Made by a program: the position numbers and the translations under genes. From Haliotis cracherodii (Eukaryota): a DNA stretch of 64,000 nt. How positions within the stretch are numbered: position 1 is the first letter of the stretch; each line of letters opens with the position of its first letter. The stretch is from positions 38,750,001 through 38,814,000 of the forward strand of contig NW_027266319.1 in NCBI RefSeq assembly GCF_022045235.1, written 5' to 3'. The notes under the pieces are model-generated. The model made no database searches. It saw nothing but the letters and a program-made list of their open reading frames with translations, and had not been told where the DNA came from. Shown here piece after piece: positions 26,510-40,214 of this stretch.

Positions 26510-26690
26510 TGGATGGCCTCCCCAGCGGCCTATGCTGGTCGTAAGAGGCGACCAAATGAATCTGGTTGTAAGGCTCGGTGACTTGCGTGTCATCGTACCC
26601 CGACGACGTGGATCGTTGCTCACTGGACTCGAATATACTCGCTGTCAAAGAGATGTAATATTGCTTATTGCGGCGTTAAACAACAAAAAC
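26510..26690 (+). mobile_element. Diverged SINE family C
   Basis: gtcgtaagaggcgac motif and ttgcggcgttaaacaacaaa tail. Confidence 0.7.
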
Positions 26691-27023
26691 AAGGCAAAAT
26701 GTGAGCAGGACTCACTAATACCCCCGACCTCGACTCCAACATATTTCTATTTCCAACAAGTTCAAAATATGAAAAAAGCAATATTTTCTCAGAAAGTCCA
26801 CTTATCGAAATCAAACTTAGCACTGCACCTCACCTATTGGTATAGACATTGTACTCCTAATTGGAAAAGAATCCAAGTAGTTATGAAGCTACAGGTCGCA
26901 CCAATGTTGAAGTAAAAAATATTATGAGTTCATAACATGTAATAATTCATATTTTCTCAGAAACTCCACATAACTTTGCACTGAACCTCTTATATTAGTA
27001 TGGAAACTGTTCCCTAAATTTGA

Positions 27024-27368
27024 GACCGCCTCCGTGATCAGAGGGTAGAGCGGAAGGTCGTGGGTTGATCCCCGGCCGCGTCATGCCGGCGTTAAAAAAA
27101 GACGTTAAAAGATGGTAGTTGTTGTTACCCTGCCTGGCTCGGCATTAAGGGGCTAAAACAAGGACTTGTCGGCTCGGAGTCAGTATACTGTGTCTTCATA
27201 GTATTCATGTTAAACTTCGGCATGGTATCTGAGTGGGCTAGTACTATAAAATCAGCTTTAGTCCGGACTAGTACAAGCAGCCATACACACACGTGCATGC
27301 ACATCGCTATATAAGTGCAATAACCCTGGACGCGATGTTAATCCCATTTCACCTCAACTTTCGCCTCA
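27024..27368 (+). mobile_element. SINE family D (tRNA head, Meta/MESC-like body)
   Basis: Head gaccgcctccgtg; body gacgttaaaagatggtagttgttg..ggcattaagggg..ggctcggagtcagtata; 12-bp TSD ccctaaatttga. Confidence 0.85.
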
Positions 27369-29076
27369 CCCTAAATTTGAAAAGATTCAATGAAGCAGTT
27401 TTCAAGTTATACGTCGCACAATGTTTAAGTAAAAATTACAACGGACATCATTTTTGTCACTGATTTGGAATTGTCCTCCTCATATATGTAACTTAAAACG
27501 TGTTGAAAGCTTTACCACGGCATGCTGTAACTAACTCACGATTATATTATCCTCGCACGTGTAAGGGGCGCAACTCTGCATTGCCTTAGACGACAGCCCA
27601 AATCGTGCCTCAAAACAACAAAGCAACACAACTTGCATGGAAATAATCTTTATTTCCTCTGTAACATGAAATATAAATGTTTGAGATAATGAAGTATTTA
27701 AAACTGATAACAATAAAATCAAATCCCTGCCAAAATTAAAATATCGAGATGCCCTAAAATGCTTGGGCCGTTCAGGTCTTGAAATAGTCAATTGGAGCCG
27801 GTGTCGAGGAAATATGTTCCCTGTAAAATAATATCACATGTAACTATCGCATTTAAAATCATCAGAAACTAAACAGATGTCACTTAAGGCAAGTTTAGAA
27901 TTTAAATGTTTCTGGTTTTTGATATTTGTAAGTTAGATGTCTCAGTTCCTCGGCATTGATCCAGGTCAAAACATTTGTTTACAAATATAACACGTCGTTC
28001 TTCACCTCAAAGCTCCTGTACTTCTGTTTCAATAGGAAATTAAAGAACAAGTGGTTTATATCATATCTAAATAGTAACGAAATTCACCGTTTTAACCTAA
28101 ACCTAGCAATTAATACATTGTCATTACAAAGGAAATACGATCTCTTGTGGAAGTTGAGGGCATGAGCTGTATAAAATATTAATAAGTTCTCTTAAAAGAT
28201 CTTCAAAATAATTAAAACTGTTCGGGTAGCTTTGTTGTCATTTGGGAAATGAATGAGAGAGTCGGGCGCAATTTAATTGAAAAAAGTCGTTAAGTGAGAT
28301 AGGAAATTCTTCTGGACTTTTCACTGCGTATCAATACTTTCTTGTTAATGTATTTTTTTGCTCTCAATTCCAAATTGGCAAAATGAAATACCACATTAAT
28401 CATATATAAATTTAATCAATATTTGTAAGAACAACTTTCTAGCAACTCCACATTCTACTAATTAGGTTGTTCCAAATGAAATGTCTGGGTATCAAATGCT
28501 CAACAACACCCGCAAATCTGACAACACATACTGGTTATCACCAAATTAAACTTTGTCCGGCGGAATACACTGTCTAGAAACACTATACACAAATCTCTGA
28601 TATATGAATATACATTTAATTATATATATGCTATAAAACCTATGACATACATGTAGACAACAATATATCGCCATTTAGACCAAGGCGTCTTGACCTGACG
28701 GACATTTTTTACTGGTGCCCTTGGACAATTTGCCTGAAAGCAGTCACACAATTTGATTTAAAGAACTCAAGTCTTATTTATAAATTTCAATTATTTGCTA
28801 ACAGTTTTTATCGTCTTTAAATAACGATAAAGTGTTCGTAATTCCTTGTACAATCAACGAAAGGACATATTGTTACTTGCAAAAAAGGCAGAAGAAAGAT
28901 AGCTTTTTCGTTTTCCATAAATATTGATTGAGCAACTGTATAACACTATGTTTGATAAGAACACAGCTAAAGGATCTGGACCGGGGGTGTTTGACATTTT
29001 TGCGCACAATACAATAAAATCCAAATAGTTTATTTCTACCATTACACTTCATACAAAAGTGAGACTCGAGCTACAT

Positions 29077-29345
29077 GAGTGAGTGAGTGAGTTGGGTTTA
29101 ACGCCGCTTTTAACAATATTCCAGCTATATGACGGCGGTCTGTAAATAATCGAGTCTGGACCAGACAATCCAGTGATTGACATCATGAGCATCGATCCAC
29201 GCAATTGGGATCGATGACATGCATCAACTATGTCAGCGAGTCTGACCACCCGATCCCGTTAGTCGTCTCTTACAACAAGCATAGTCGCCTTTCACGGCAA
29301 GCATGGGTTGCTGGAGACCCATTCTACCCCGGATCTTCAAGGGTC
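29077..29345 (-). mobile_element. SINE family C with an A-type (ACTC)n terminus
   Basis: Family C head and body, but ends in ttgttaaaagcggcgttaaacccaactcactcactc. Confidence 0.9.
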
Positions 29346-29394
29346 ACTGTTGGGGTGTGTCGGAGTAGGTACTGGCAGGATAATAAATTAGCTT

Positions 29395-30100
29395 TTTCTG
29401 TTCTGATAAAGGACCAGGAATCATGATCATTTTGATAAAGGGGCTGATGTCATCTACAGATAAAGGGGGTATTCCATTGTACTGATAAAGGAGCTGGTTT
29501 CCTGTTCTGATAAAGGAGCTGGTTTCCTGTTCTGATAAAGGAGCTGGAATAATGATCAGACAAAGGAGCTGGTACCATGTACTGATGAAGGGGCTGTCAT
29601 CTACTGATAAAAGGGGTATTCCCATGTACTGATAAAGGAGCTGGTTTCCTATTCTGATAATGGAGCTGGAATAATGATCGGACAAAGGAGCTGGTACCAT
29701 GTACTGATGAAGGGGCTGTCATCTACTGATAAAGGAGGCATTCCTATGTACTGATGAAGGAGCTGGTATTATGTACTAATGAAAGAGATATTCACATTTA
29801 CTGGTAAAAGGGCTGTTTTCATTTTCTGATAAAGGAGCTGGAATAATGATCAGACAAAGGAGCTTTTTTCATGTTCTTATAATGGAGCTGCTATTATGTA
29901 CAGGTAAAGGAGGTAATAACATCTACTGATAAAAGAGATGTTTTCATTTTCTGATAAAGGAGCTGGAATAATGATCAGACAAAGGAGCTTTTTCATGTTC
30001 TGATAAAGGAGCTGGTAGTGATGAAAGGATTAGTATCATGTGATGATAAAGGAACTTATGTCATATACCGATAAAGGGGTAATTATCATATGATAAAAAA
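29395..30100. repeat. Degenerate minisatellite with a unit of about 21-24 bp
   Basis: Recurrent ctgataaaggagctgg core. Confidence 0.85.
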
Positions 30101-33100
30101 AAAGCCAGTATCAGCAGAGCAACGTCTCAACAGAAATAAAGAAGCTGTCCTCCATACAATTGTTGTAATCTTCCCCATCCTCTACTGTCAAGCAAAGTAT
30201 GGGACAAGAGACATGGGAAAGACGCCTATTACTGATGCCATGTTTCCAAAGTTTGGGATTAAACATATTTGAACATTAGCCATTGAGCTAGCCAAACGTT
30301 AATTGCTGTAGGTAATGGGTAGGCCTTGTTGACGTTTTGAGATTGGTCCTCTGTAGATATACAAATAACACTATTACGTAAGAAGCAGGTACAGCTTACC
30401 CTTTTCGCGAACACCTGGAGCCATCACTGAATTTCAGTGATCCATCCATATAATGGCATCACTGTTTTGCCTTTTACGTCTTATGATTTCTGTTTCGGCA
30501 GATAATCGAGACTGATTATTCTCTGGCATTGGCGCTTTGAATTTACAAGGCAAGGGAACCACATTGCTGACTGTACTCTCCAAGGTCTTTTGCCCATGTT
30601 CATTATAGTCTCGACGGTGCAATTAGTGCTTTATGGGAAACAAAGTTGGGTTTGAACAACCAAAATTAAATCTGTTGGACTGCCAATTTGGCGGAGTCTA
30701 GTCACCTTTAAGATCAACAAGGCACTCACCTTTAAAACCAAAACCCTAAAACTCACAACTCTACCACCGCGACAGTGAGTTAGGGGTCGAGAATCAAGTA
30801 CTCTGTGCATCCATATGGTGGGAAAATGTTACTTTTCATATAAATATACATGGATTGTATTTTCTTATTATTTCCGAATCATTCCCCGTACTACAGCCCT
30901 TAGCTTTCTTTCTGTCTATATTTTTGTAGGTGGCAAGAACAGGTTACTCTAAACATGAACCAGTGACTTGGCTGCCTTTATTTGGCTACACATAAGATAA
31001 TGTCTTTGCGTGGCATATAAACCTAATCGTAATTCTCTGCACGGCACAAGTGTACAATGCTGGACTGCGTCTGACTATACTCGAATCTCAAATGAATGAA
31101 CTAGAGCAAGGGGCATTATCTGACTATTCTTTGGTAAGAGGAACTGCGTCCACAACTGATATACCAGAACATGGAAACGTATTTGTGCATCTCAGATGTC
31201 ACAAATAGTATTAAGGATATGGTCCTTAATGGCTACAATACTGAAATATATTTTATGAAGTCTATACAATTGGCCCTTTGAAAATGCATAAGGGGAACAG
31301 AGACACCCTGGCATATTAACATGACAAAATCTCATTTTCGTGTTTTGGACAGGATGACCGAGTCCAGGTTCCACAATTAGACGAGTTGTGTCCCTTTGAC
31401 GTGCCATGATCCTCAAATCGTAAAACAACACTACTGACTCACAGAAATTTGATCATAGCTGAAATACTTAACCTTGCATGCCGTAATGTAATGTATTTAA
31501 GATGATGTCATGTTAATATCTGTATTGTACTTACTCAGATGTCATACAATCATTGAACAAGTTAAATATTCAATGCAGTTAAAGGGTGCGTTTCCTTTGC
31601 AGGTCAGTATATATACGAATTAATAAATTCCTTTAAGGTATATAAGCATCGAGATTTATGTTAAAAAACGTGTAAAGGCTATATATTGTAAAAAATACGT
31701 ATAACATTTAATAAATCGTTGCTGTGCCCTATGTTTGTAAATATACATATTTTATATGTGGATACCGTATATATGCGGACTACAGGTCTACCCGAATATG
31801 ATCTTAGTTACATCGGTGTGATCTTTTTTTAATAGACATGCTGGATGTTCTAGAAATAATATTTTAGAGTAAAAATTAATTGTTAGCATCCTGTGATAAG
31901 AGAACCAAATTGTCTTGAAGAACTGACTGAAAAAGATATTCTTCGCACCTTCCCCCAAGAATATTTAATTTACAGATTAAACATGATAATTATTTGAAAG
32001 TTGTTGTTTAATTTTCCATTTTTTTGTAGTTAAGTGGAGCTTATGTTGTTATATAACGACAAAGCATATGTGTGAATGTTTATTTTTTCAGAGTAGCTTC
32101 CTGAGCACAAGGTTGATAAAAAACTAATCGGGCAGTGTTCTTATTCCAACAACTAATCCTGATTTATAAGTTCGTGACAAGGGATGAATCAGTGTTATAC
32201 ATATGACTATATACAGTGGACAAACAGTACAATCGCTAAACTAACATGATACTGAATCCTCCTGTGACATATAGGTATTGTGGTAAACTTTCCTAAAATA
32301 ACCCGTATTGAAAAAGATAAACTTATATAAACTTACATATTTTGAAGCACATACCAATCGCTGATGTAACTATTGTATTGTTTTTAAAATGATTATTTTG
32401 TCCCAAACCGAAAGACATATCCTGTTAAGATAGCACCTATTTCTCATATGAATTAATTATAACTGAATGAAATTACAACACTTTTCGTTGAAACATCATT
32501 TGAAGCACCTGTAAAAGGTCCTCGGGAAACGTTATGACAGCGTTTGTACGAGAATTGTTCTGAGATATGAATCATAACATGCAGAAAAATTAACTACAAA
32601 TATCTAATATCTATCATTGTTAGCTACTGTCTTGTTTCGAAAAAAATATGTGTTGGCCTTTTTTTAAAAAAAACATGTAAAAGAAGATCCTATATTCCAT
32701 CAAACATAATTATACATAACAACGTCCATAATATTAATGAAATATCCTTTGAAGCACCCGTAAAAGGGTTTACGGGAAGCTGTCATGCCAACATTTGCAC
32801 TGACACTATTCTGATAATAGGCATTTCTTTAGAACGTATATCTTATAAATCGAAAAATTACATTACACCAACGATGAGGATGTGTTTGTGAAACAAAAAG
32901 TCTCTTCACGGGCAAATCATTCTTTGGGTAGTGGCAAGATTTGCCTCTTGCATTCAATATACATGAACATTCTTTACACATACATCGATATATCATCGAT
33001 GCCCATTTAAAAGATTAGATGAGAAGAGGAATACTTGACTTTGACTATTTTACACAAAAATTGTAACGACCGAGCATTTTATATTCTGGGCAGGGTGGGG

Positions 33101-33909
33101 TGGGGATTAGGTCCGGTGAGGGTGAGTTACCTGGGGGAAGTATTGGCCCTTCGAGTTAAACAATAAAATAATTGTTAGCTGCATATACGGGAAGACCTGA
33201 ACAAATTAATTAAACTGTTAGACTTCTTTCATAGGGGGCATAATAATTTAGCGATATGAGTATCCATGTGGTAAATGGAATCTAGCGCATTATAAATGCA
33301 CTTCTTGTTATTATTATTAATAAAATGATTTTGGAGCAGTGACCAATCCCCATCCCGAAAATGAAATGGTTGGTCCATAAGCTATAATACACATTACAAT
33401 AAGAAAGTACACATTTAAAAGTCATGTGAAAGTAACAATGTCTGAGTTTGAATTTAACTTCCATCTACTCTTTACCAAAAACGCCTTTCTGTGATAACAG
33501 TATATTAGCGTATTAAGGGTTAAGACAATGTATGTCTAAGACGCCAATTTTAACGAGCAGCGTAATTGCTGTTATATTGGACACACAGACTTTATGTAAC
33601 TGAGATATATAGCGACGCATTATGTATTCTCACGTGTTTTACACACGCTAGTCAGTGGATCCAATCGGTTACTAACTTGATTGGTACAGTCATATATTAT
33701 ATTACAGAAAAGCATACGATTTGATAGAAATAGTATCAACGTAAATGAATAATGTGACAGTCGGTGCAATCTTAAACGTTTTCAACAATTACTGGAGAAC
33801 ATAAGACAGTTGAAAAAAATTTCAGGACAAAAGTTTAAAGGATGTCACACATGCCATCTTTTCAAAAATGTGAAGAATGTTTTGGTAAAGTTAACTGTAA
33901 CTGAAAGTA

Positions 33910-34070
33910 GGTGAATAAGCATGCTTTTGTGCCGCTTTTAGCAATATTCCAGGCATATCAGGGCGGTGACACCTTAAGTGGGTTTCACACATTGAACCCA
34001 TGTTGGGAATCGAAACCGGGTGTTCGACGTGAAGAGCGTACGCTTTAACCACTGGGCTACCTCGACGCAT
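33910..34070 (-). mobile_element. Diverged SINE family B
   Basis: Reverse-complement similarity to family B. Confidence 0.8.
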
Positions 34071-34254
34071 CTATGAGACGGAATTTCTTCGCGAAAATGA
34101 ATATCTTACTATTTCTGGTCAAATCGTATGCAATATATAACATTCATACACAAATCTGTCAACAACCGTGCGATATTGAATATGCTGCCATGTATACACG
34201 TACGTAGCCAAGAAGATGACGTCGTGATGATGTCATAAATGAATGACGTCATAA

Positions 34255-34419
34255 TCAGATGACAGTCTTGACCCGCTTTGTGAGGTAGTTGTGAATGTTG
34301 TCATGGCTACCCACTCGATTTCGGTGTGCCTTCACCTTTGGGCTGTCCTTAAGAATGTCCGACCTTTGGTCAAGGGGATACTCCATGACGTCATAAACGG
34401 CAAGGTCGGCAAGCGAGAG
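34255..34419 (-). CDS. Sigma-class glutathione S-transferase, terminal coding exon
   Basis: After a tttccag acceptor reads LSLADLAVYDVMEYPLDQRSDILKDSPKVKAHRNRVGSHDNIHNYLTKRVKTVI*, with the GST N-capping box SLAD; phase 0 fits exon 51353-51457; not in the supplied ORF track. Confidence 0.9.
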   Translation of the reverse strand, partial: LSLADLAVYDVMEYPLDQRSDILKDSPKVKAHRNRVGSHDNIHNYLTKRVKTVI

Positions 34420-34689
34420 CTGGAAATACGAAATGAGTCAGGTTTAATGATGAAAACTGCAACTCTTTATACAGCTGTAAATCTATGCTTTTAATTTATT
34501 TAAATTAATGACAATGACAATCTTTTATTGTTCTTTTGGCCAACAGACCCAGACAACATATGAATTTTCCTATATTATAGATTGTACACATGTGCGCTGG
34601 GCATAACTTATTGTTTGATATTTCCATGGTTCTTGAACATACAATACGGACATTTAGCAGCATAAATATTGTTTTCTTCTTATTTGATA

Positions 34690-34967
34690 GGCGCCACGAT
34701 TCGCTGTGAAGAGTTGCGTCCCTTGGGCACGCCAGAAACCTATGATTGTTGGTTCGAATACCGGTTCGCCCCGATTATGTTTCTAGGTTTGTCAGCACCA
34801 TACCCGTGCTCGTGGGTTTCACCGAAGTGGTAAACGTCTGAGACCTGCATCACTTCGGGCTTTCCTCCCACATTAAGCTGACAAGCCGTGATATAACTGG
34901 AATAATGTTAAAAGCGGCGTTAAACCCAACTCACTCGCTCACTCACTCAAACCCAACTCACTCACAC
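34690..34967 (+). mobile_element. SINE family A, 5'-truncated, with duplicated tail end
   Basis: Family A body; TSD tc(t/c)tatttgata. Confidence 0.9.
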
Positions 34968-35497
34968 TCCTATTTGATAAGCAAATGGAACGTATGTCAT
35001 GACAATTAATAATATTAGAGGGAAAATATGAAGAGCGTTTATCATTATATTGGGACAGTGCTAAAAAAAACTATTTAAAAAACTCTATATTCGGTATCAG
35101 GGTCAAAATGAAGCAAAGGATACAAAGGGTAAAAATGCATTTTACATTCCGGATGTCATGTGACCATAATTTGACCGCTGATGTGTTCATTCATGCTCAG
35201 TTAAACGTCAAATGGCACTGTGGTATTAGTAGAGATGTGTAAGATAATACGAGGTTTAGTGACGGCGTGTCGACTTCAAGCACCCCGTCGTCGCCTCGTG
35301 TGGCATGGAACCGTCATAACGTCATGACGACGTTCACATGGCGTGGAAGACAACGTGCACTGATTGCAAGGACGTAGTTGTGGTTAGGTGTATCATCTCT
35401 TCTAATAGAACGCGGGACATTACTCACATGTCAGCATATGCCCATTAACCACCGGGCTTCCTCATAACCCTCTTTCCTCATCTGGGAATAGATAACC

Positions 35498-35659
35498 AGT
35501 AAGTGAGTGTGGTTTTACGCCGCCTTTAGCAATATTCCAGCAGTATCACGGTGGGGAACACCAAAAATGGGCTCACACATTGCATCCACATGGGGATTCG
35601 AACCTGGGCCTTCGGCGTGACGAGGAAAGGTAATAACCACTAGGCTACCCCACAGCCCC
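35498..35659 (-). mobile_element. SINE family B (diverged)
   Basis: Reverse-complement similarity to family B. Confidence 0.85.
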
Positions 35660-36253
35660 AATAGGGAATAACGTCACAAAATAAGAGATGCAATTGTAAT
35701 GACACTGTGACAGAAACGTATGACGAGACATACAATTTAAGCAGTGTCAATCACGGCATTGCCAAAAAGCCAATAAATATATGTATTTGAAATAAGTAAT
35801 TATATATTTACGATTAAAAGATGCCTCATAACAAAATATGTTAGGATTCAAACAACATTTAAGATCAGATAATCAGAAAATAAATCCTACTGAATTTTCA
35901 ATTTAGATCGACTAGTGGTGCATTCATTTTTTTCTGGAAGATGTAAACGAAATAACCTCTACTCAGCCCTAAGCACCTTGTATAGACTGTATAGAATTGT
36001 ATCCTAACGTTTAATAGGATATAATACGTTTAATGGAGTTTACTAAAAGATGTTCACACTGCAGCAACGTTTAACTATATCTGTGTTCCCTACCTAAACA
36101 CTGTAGCGAGCGATTTCCAATATCCATAACTAGTTAAACATAAGATACACAATTATGTCATCTCACATCTCCGCAAAGAGAACCTGGCCATACATTGACC
36201 ATGACAGTATCTTTAAAAACATCGATGGTTTACTGAAGTAATCCATTCATCTC

Positions 36254-36360
36254 GGCCCCGTTTCACATGGCGATCTTAACGCAACGACTATCGTTAGTCT
36301 GTGTTAATGTATGGGAGTGACGATGTTCGTGGCAATAAGATCGCTTTGTAGAATAGGCCC
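36254..36360. mobile_element. Small MITE, PIF/Harbinger-like termini
   Basis: ggccccgtttcaca..gcgatctta paired with taagatcgc..tgtagaataggccc; a related half copy lies at about 7155-7190. Confidence 0.55.
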
Positions 36361-36905
36361 TGGTTATTTTCTCCATTAAACCTCGATGACAAAACATTGT
36401 AATGTGTAAAATCCACTTTAATCACCTGTAAGATGTTAAGAGTGAGTATTAAACGTGTCATATCAACTATGCATCTTTAACAATTCTGCATTGCCCGCAG
36501 ACATAAACCAAAGGCGAAGTCCAATAAATGCGCTTCAGTGCAGTCCCCAGGACGTGGTATTACAACGGCTACAATACTTCTGTGTTCACAGCAAGTAGTG
36601 TTTGCCTCAGGTTATGCGAGATCATTATTGTACAGTGAAATACTTGAGCGTATATATCGAGCGTGTTTACATTTTGACACTTTCCAATAACAGGTGTAAA
36701 GTTTCACAAAACTTGAAAATGAAAAGAATAGATTATGTATTTTATCAAAGGTTCGCAGTGATAATGCTTGCAACTGTAATGAATATATATGCACAAGTAT
36801 GTTCTCTTCTAGGATCAACACATCTCGGCCTGTATCTATAGTATACCCTATATGTTGGAATGAGCTGGCAACGAGTCATAAGAACGGAAAACCCTTAAAC
36901 TTATA

Positions 36906-37749
36906 TCCATTAAACGTGCATTGCATTCATTAACGTACACTGCATACTTTACACGCACACTGCATCCATTAAACGAACACTACATTCATTGAACGCACAG
37001 TACATTCAATAAGCGTACACAACATTCAATAAGCGTACATAACATTCAATAAGCGTACACAACATTCAATAAACGTACACTACATCCATTAAATGTACAT
37101 TGCATTCGCTAAACGTACATTGCATTCATTAACGTACACTGAATCCATTAAACGTACACTCCATCCATTAAACGTACACTACATCCATTAAACGTACATT
37201 GCATTCATTAAACGTACACTCCATCCATTAAACGTACACTCCATCCATTAAACGTACACTTCATCGATTAAACGTACATTGCATTCACTGAATGTACACT
37301 TCATCCATTAAACGTACACTACATCCATTAAACGTACATTCCATCCATTAAACGTACACTCCATCCATTAAACGTACACTCCATCCATTAAACGTACACT
37401 TCATCCATTAAACGTACACTCCATCCATTAAATGTACACTTCATCCATTAAACGTAAACTACATCCATTAAACGTAAACTACATCCATTAAACGTACACT
37501 CCATCCATTAAACGTAAACTACATCCATTAAATGTACACTTCATCCATTAAACGTACATTCCATCCATTAAATGTACACTTCATCCATTAAACGTACATT
37601 CCATCCATTAAACGTACACTTCATCCATTAAACGTACATTCCATCCATTAAACGTACACTTCATCCATTAAACGTACACTTCATCCATTAAATGTACACT
37701 ACATCTTTTAAACGTACATTCCATCCATTAAACGCACACTACGTCCATA
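36906..37749. repeat. 20-bp minisatellite
   Basis: (catccattaaacgtacactN)n, about 42 copies. Confidence 0.95.
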
Positions 37750-38417
37750 CGGGGGTTCTTTAAGATTAAAAAGAACATGTGCATTTGTGTACGACATATC
37801 ATGTTTTCAATATTCAATGCCAAGCCAAATAATCAATCCCCTTGCCAAACCCTTCCTTTAAAAACAACCCAGTGGTCGTGTTTACCTTAATGAAGCAGTG
37901 GGCCGCGCACCGCCGATGAAAACAAAACAGAATATGCAAGGTCAAGGTCGTCAAACATCAAAAAAGCCCGCCTGTCATCCCTGTGTGAAATGTGCGTTGT
38001 CTTTAACCGGGGTCAAGGAGTGCTGTAGAGTCCCCCCTTATTCACGTAGTGCTGGGTGTACATCGAGATTGACCTACTTGCTAACTATATCAATGAGCTA
38101 CGAGATGCCACGATTTTGATTGCTCATAAATCAATGAAAGAAGTTCGTAAGTGTCAACCAGTGCAAATTCGGGACCTAAGCTGGGTGCTAGACTCCCCGA
38201 GGCTCTTGTGAATGTTTTTATACACTATTCTGGTAGGACGCTTGTGGGATGTTGGAATATCGGTTCAGCTCGTGAACTGATTGTACAGACATAAGGTTGT
38301 CATGATTGCCATTTTTTATAAAGGTGAATATGATCGGCATCGCTATCAAAGGTGACTTTTTTGTGAAGTGACATGGGATTTAATGCCATGTTCAAGTATG
38401 TTATACTTATGTAGTGA

Positions 38418-38466
38418 CGTGTGTGCGTGTGCGTGTGCGTGTGCGTGTGCGTGTGCGTGTGCGTGT
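38418..38466. repeat. (GTGCGT)n microsatellite
   Basis: Read directly from the sequence. Confidence 0.9.
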
Positions 38467-38598
38467 AAGTTCCTTTGAAGTTATGGCATCAACAACCGGA
38501 GTTGTAGGCTTCTCGAAAATGACCAACGGTGCTTGCCGAGACATGTGTAGGTGGTGGCGTTTAAACTACAAATCTCTCACTCGGATACAAACTGAATT

Positions 38599-38720
38599 AG
38601 GGGCGGTGGGTAGCGCAGTGTTTAAGCGTTCACTTGTCACGACAAAGGCCCAGGTTCGATTCCCCACATGGGTACAATGTAGGACGCACATTTTGGTGGG
38701 CCCCGTTGTAATATTGGGAG
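38599..38720 (+). mobile_element. Diverged SINE family B
   Basis: ggggcggtgggtagcgcagtg..caggttcgattccccacatgggtacaatgt. Confidence 0.75.
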
Positions 38721-38819
38721 GCGTGGGTGGAAATGAATTCATTTAGATGTATGGCATTTTCAATGCGAAATGGGGTTTAATGTCATGTTCAAGGATGTTT
38801 AACTTATGTAGAAATGCGC

Positions 38820-39077
38820 GCGTGCGTGCGTTGCTTGTGCCAGTCCGGACTAATATTTTTTTAGTGCTACCATACGGCAGTTTAATGGATACCCTACTCA
38901 GACACATTCTACTGACACTGATTAGACCAGTACTTTAGACTCTTTGATGCCGAGTGCCAGGCAGTGTAACAACAAGCACCATATCTCAACGCATTTTGGT
39001 ACGACCCGACAAGGGATCGAACCACTGACTTTCCGCTCTCTGGGAAGAGGCTCTATCCACCAGACAACGGAGGCGGT
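38820..39077 (-). mobile_element. Diverged SINE family D
   Basis: Reverse complement shows aaccgcctccgttgtctggtgg, ggttcgatccc and ggcactcggcatcaaag. Confidence 0.7.
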
Positions 39078-39186
39078 TGTTTGTTTTAATAGTATCTGGT
39101 GTAGAATTAGGAGTGTTCAGTCCGTCTGTCATGCGGTGTTTGCATACAAGTGTGTCATAATGACTTACTGCTAGTTTGAAGGGCTT

Positions 39187-40150
39187 CCGTATATCTGGGA
39201 TGTCCGTATACATGGTGTGTCCGTATAGTTGATATGTCCGTATACTTGGTATGTCCGTATACATGGGATGTCCGTATGTAGGGGATGTCCGTATGTATGG
39301 GATGTCCGTATGTATGGGATGTCCGTATGAAAGGGATATCCGTATGGATGGGATGTCCGTATGTATGGGATGTCTGTATACCTGGGATGTTCGTATACCT
39401 GGGAAGTCGGTATGTATGGGATGTCCGTATGTATGGGATGTCCGTATGGATGGGATGTCCGTATACATGGGATGTCCGTATGGATGGGATGTCCGAATGT
39501 ATGGTATGTCCGTATGGATGGGATGTCCGTATGTATGGGATGTCCGTATGTATAGGATGTCCGTATACATGTGATGTCCGTATGGATGGAAGTCCGTATG
39601 TATGGGATGTCCGTATACCTGGGATGTCCGTATGGATGGGATGTCCTTATGTATGGGATGTCCGTATACCCGGGATGTCCGTATACATGGGTTGTCCGTA
39701 TACATGGGATGTTCATATGGATGGGATGTCCGTATGTATAGGATGTCTGTATGGATGGGATGTCCGTATGGATGGGATGTCCGTATACATGGGTTGTCCG
39801 TATACATGGGATGTTCATACGGATGGGATGTCCGTATCCATGGGATGTCCGTATACATGGGATGTCCGTATCCATGGGATGTCCGTTTGTACGGGTGGTC
39901 CGTATGTATGGGATGTCCGTATATATGGGATGTCCGTATACATAGGATGTCCGTATACATGGGATGTACGTATATATGGGATGTCCGTATACATAGGATG
40001 TCCGTATACATAGGATGTCCGTATGTATGGGATGTCCGTATATATCGGATGTCCGTATACATAGTATGTCCGTATACATAGGATGTCCGTATGTATGGGA
40101 TGTCCGTATACATAGGATGTCCGTATGTATTGGATGTCCGTATGGATGCC
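39187..40150. repeat. 17-bp minisatellite
   Basis: (gggatgtccgtatgtat / gggatgtccgtatacat)n. Confidence 0.95.
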
Positions 40151-40214
40151 AAGTCACCGCATCCGTATACTTATGATATCCACATTGAGGTAGTGTCTAT
40201 CCACATATTCGCAC

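Noticed and set aside
29580-29760. ctgatga motifs suggesting hammerhead ribozymes
   Set aside because: They are variants of the ctgataaagg minisatellite, with no stem II, GAAA core or closing stems
30140-31450. Possible very old DIRS or other retroelement coding relic
   Set aside because: Only vague motif hints; cannot be supported without a profile search
38986-40157. Long ORFs (388, 328, 242 aa) with repetitive YGHP/IRTS peptides
   Set aside because: They are open in many frames on both strands because the 17-bp satellite lacks stops, and they lie inside the GST intron
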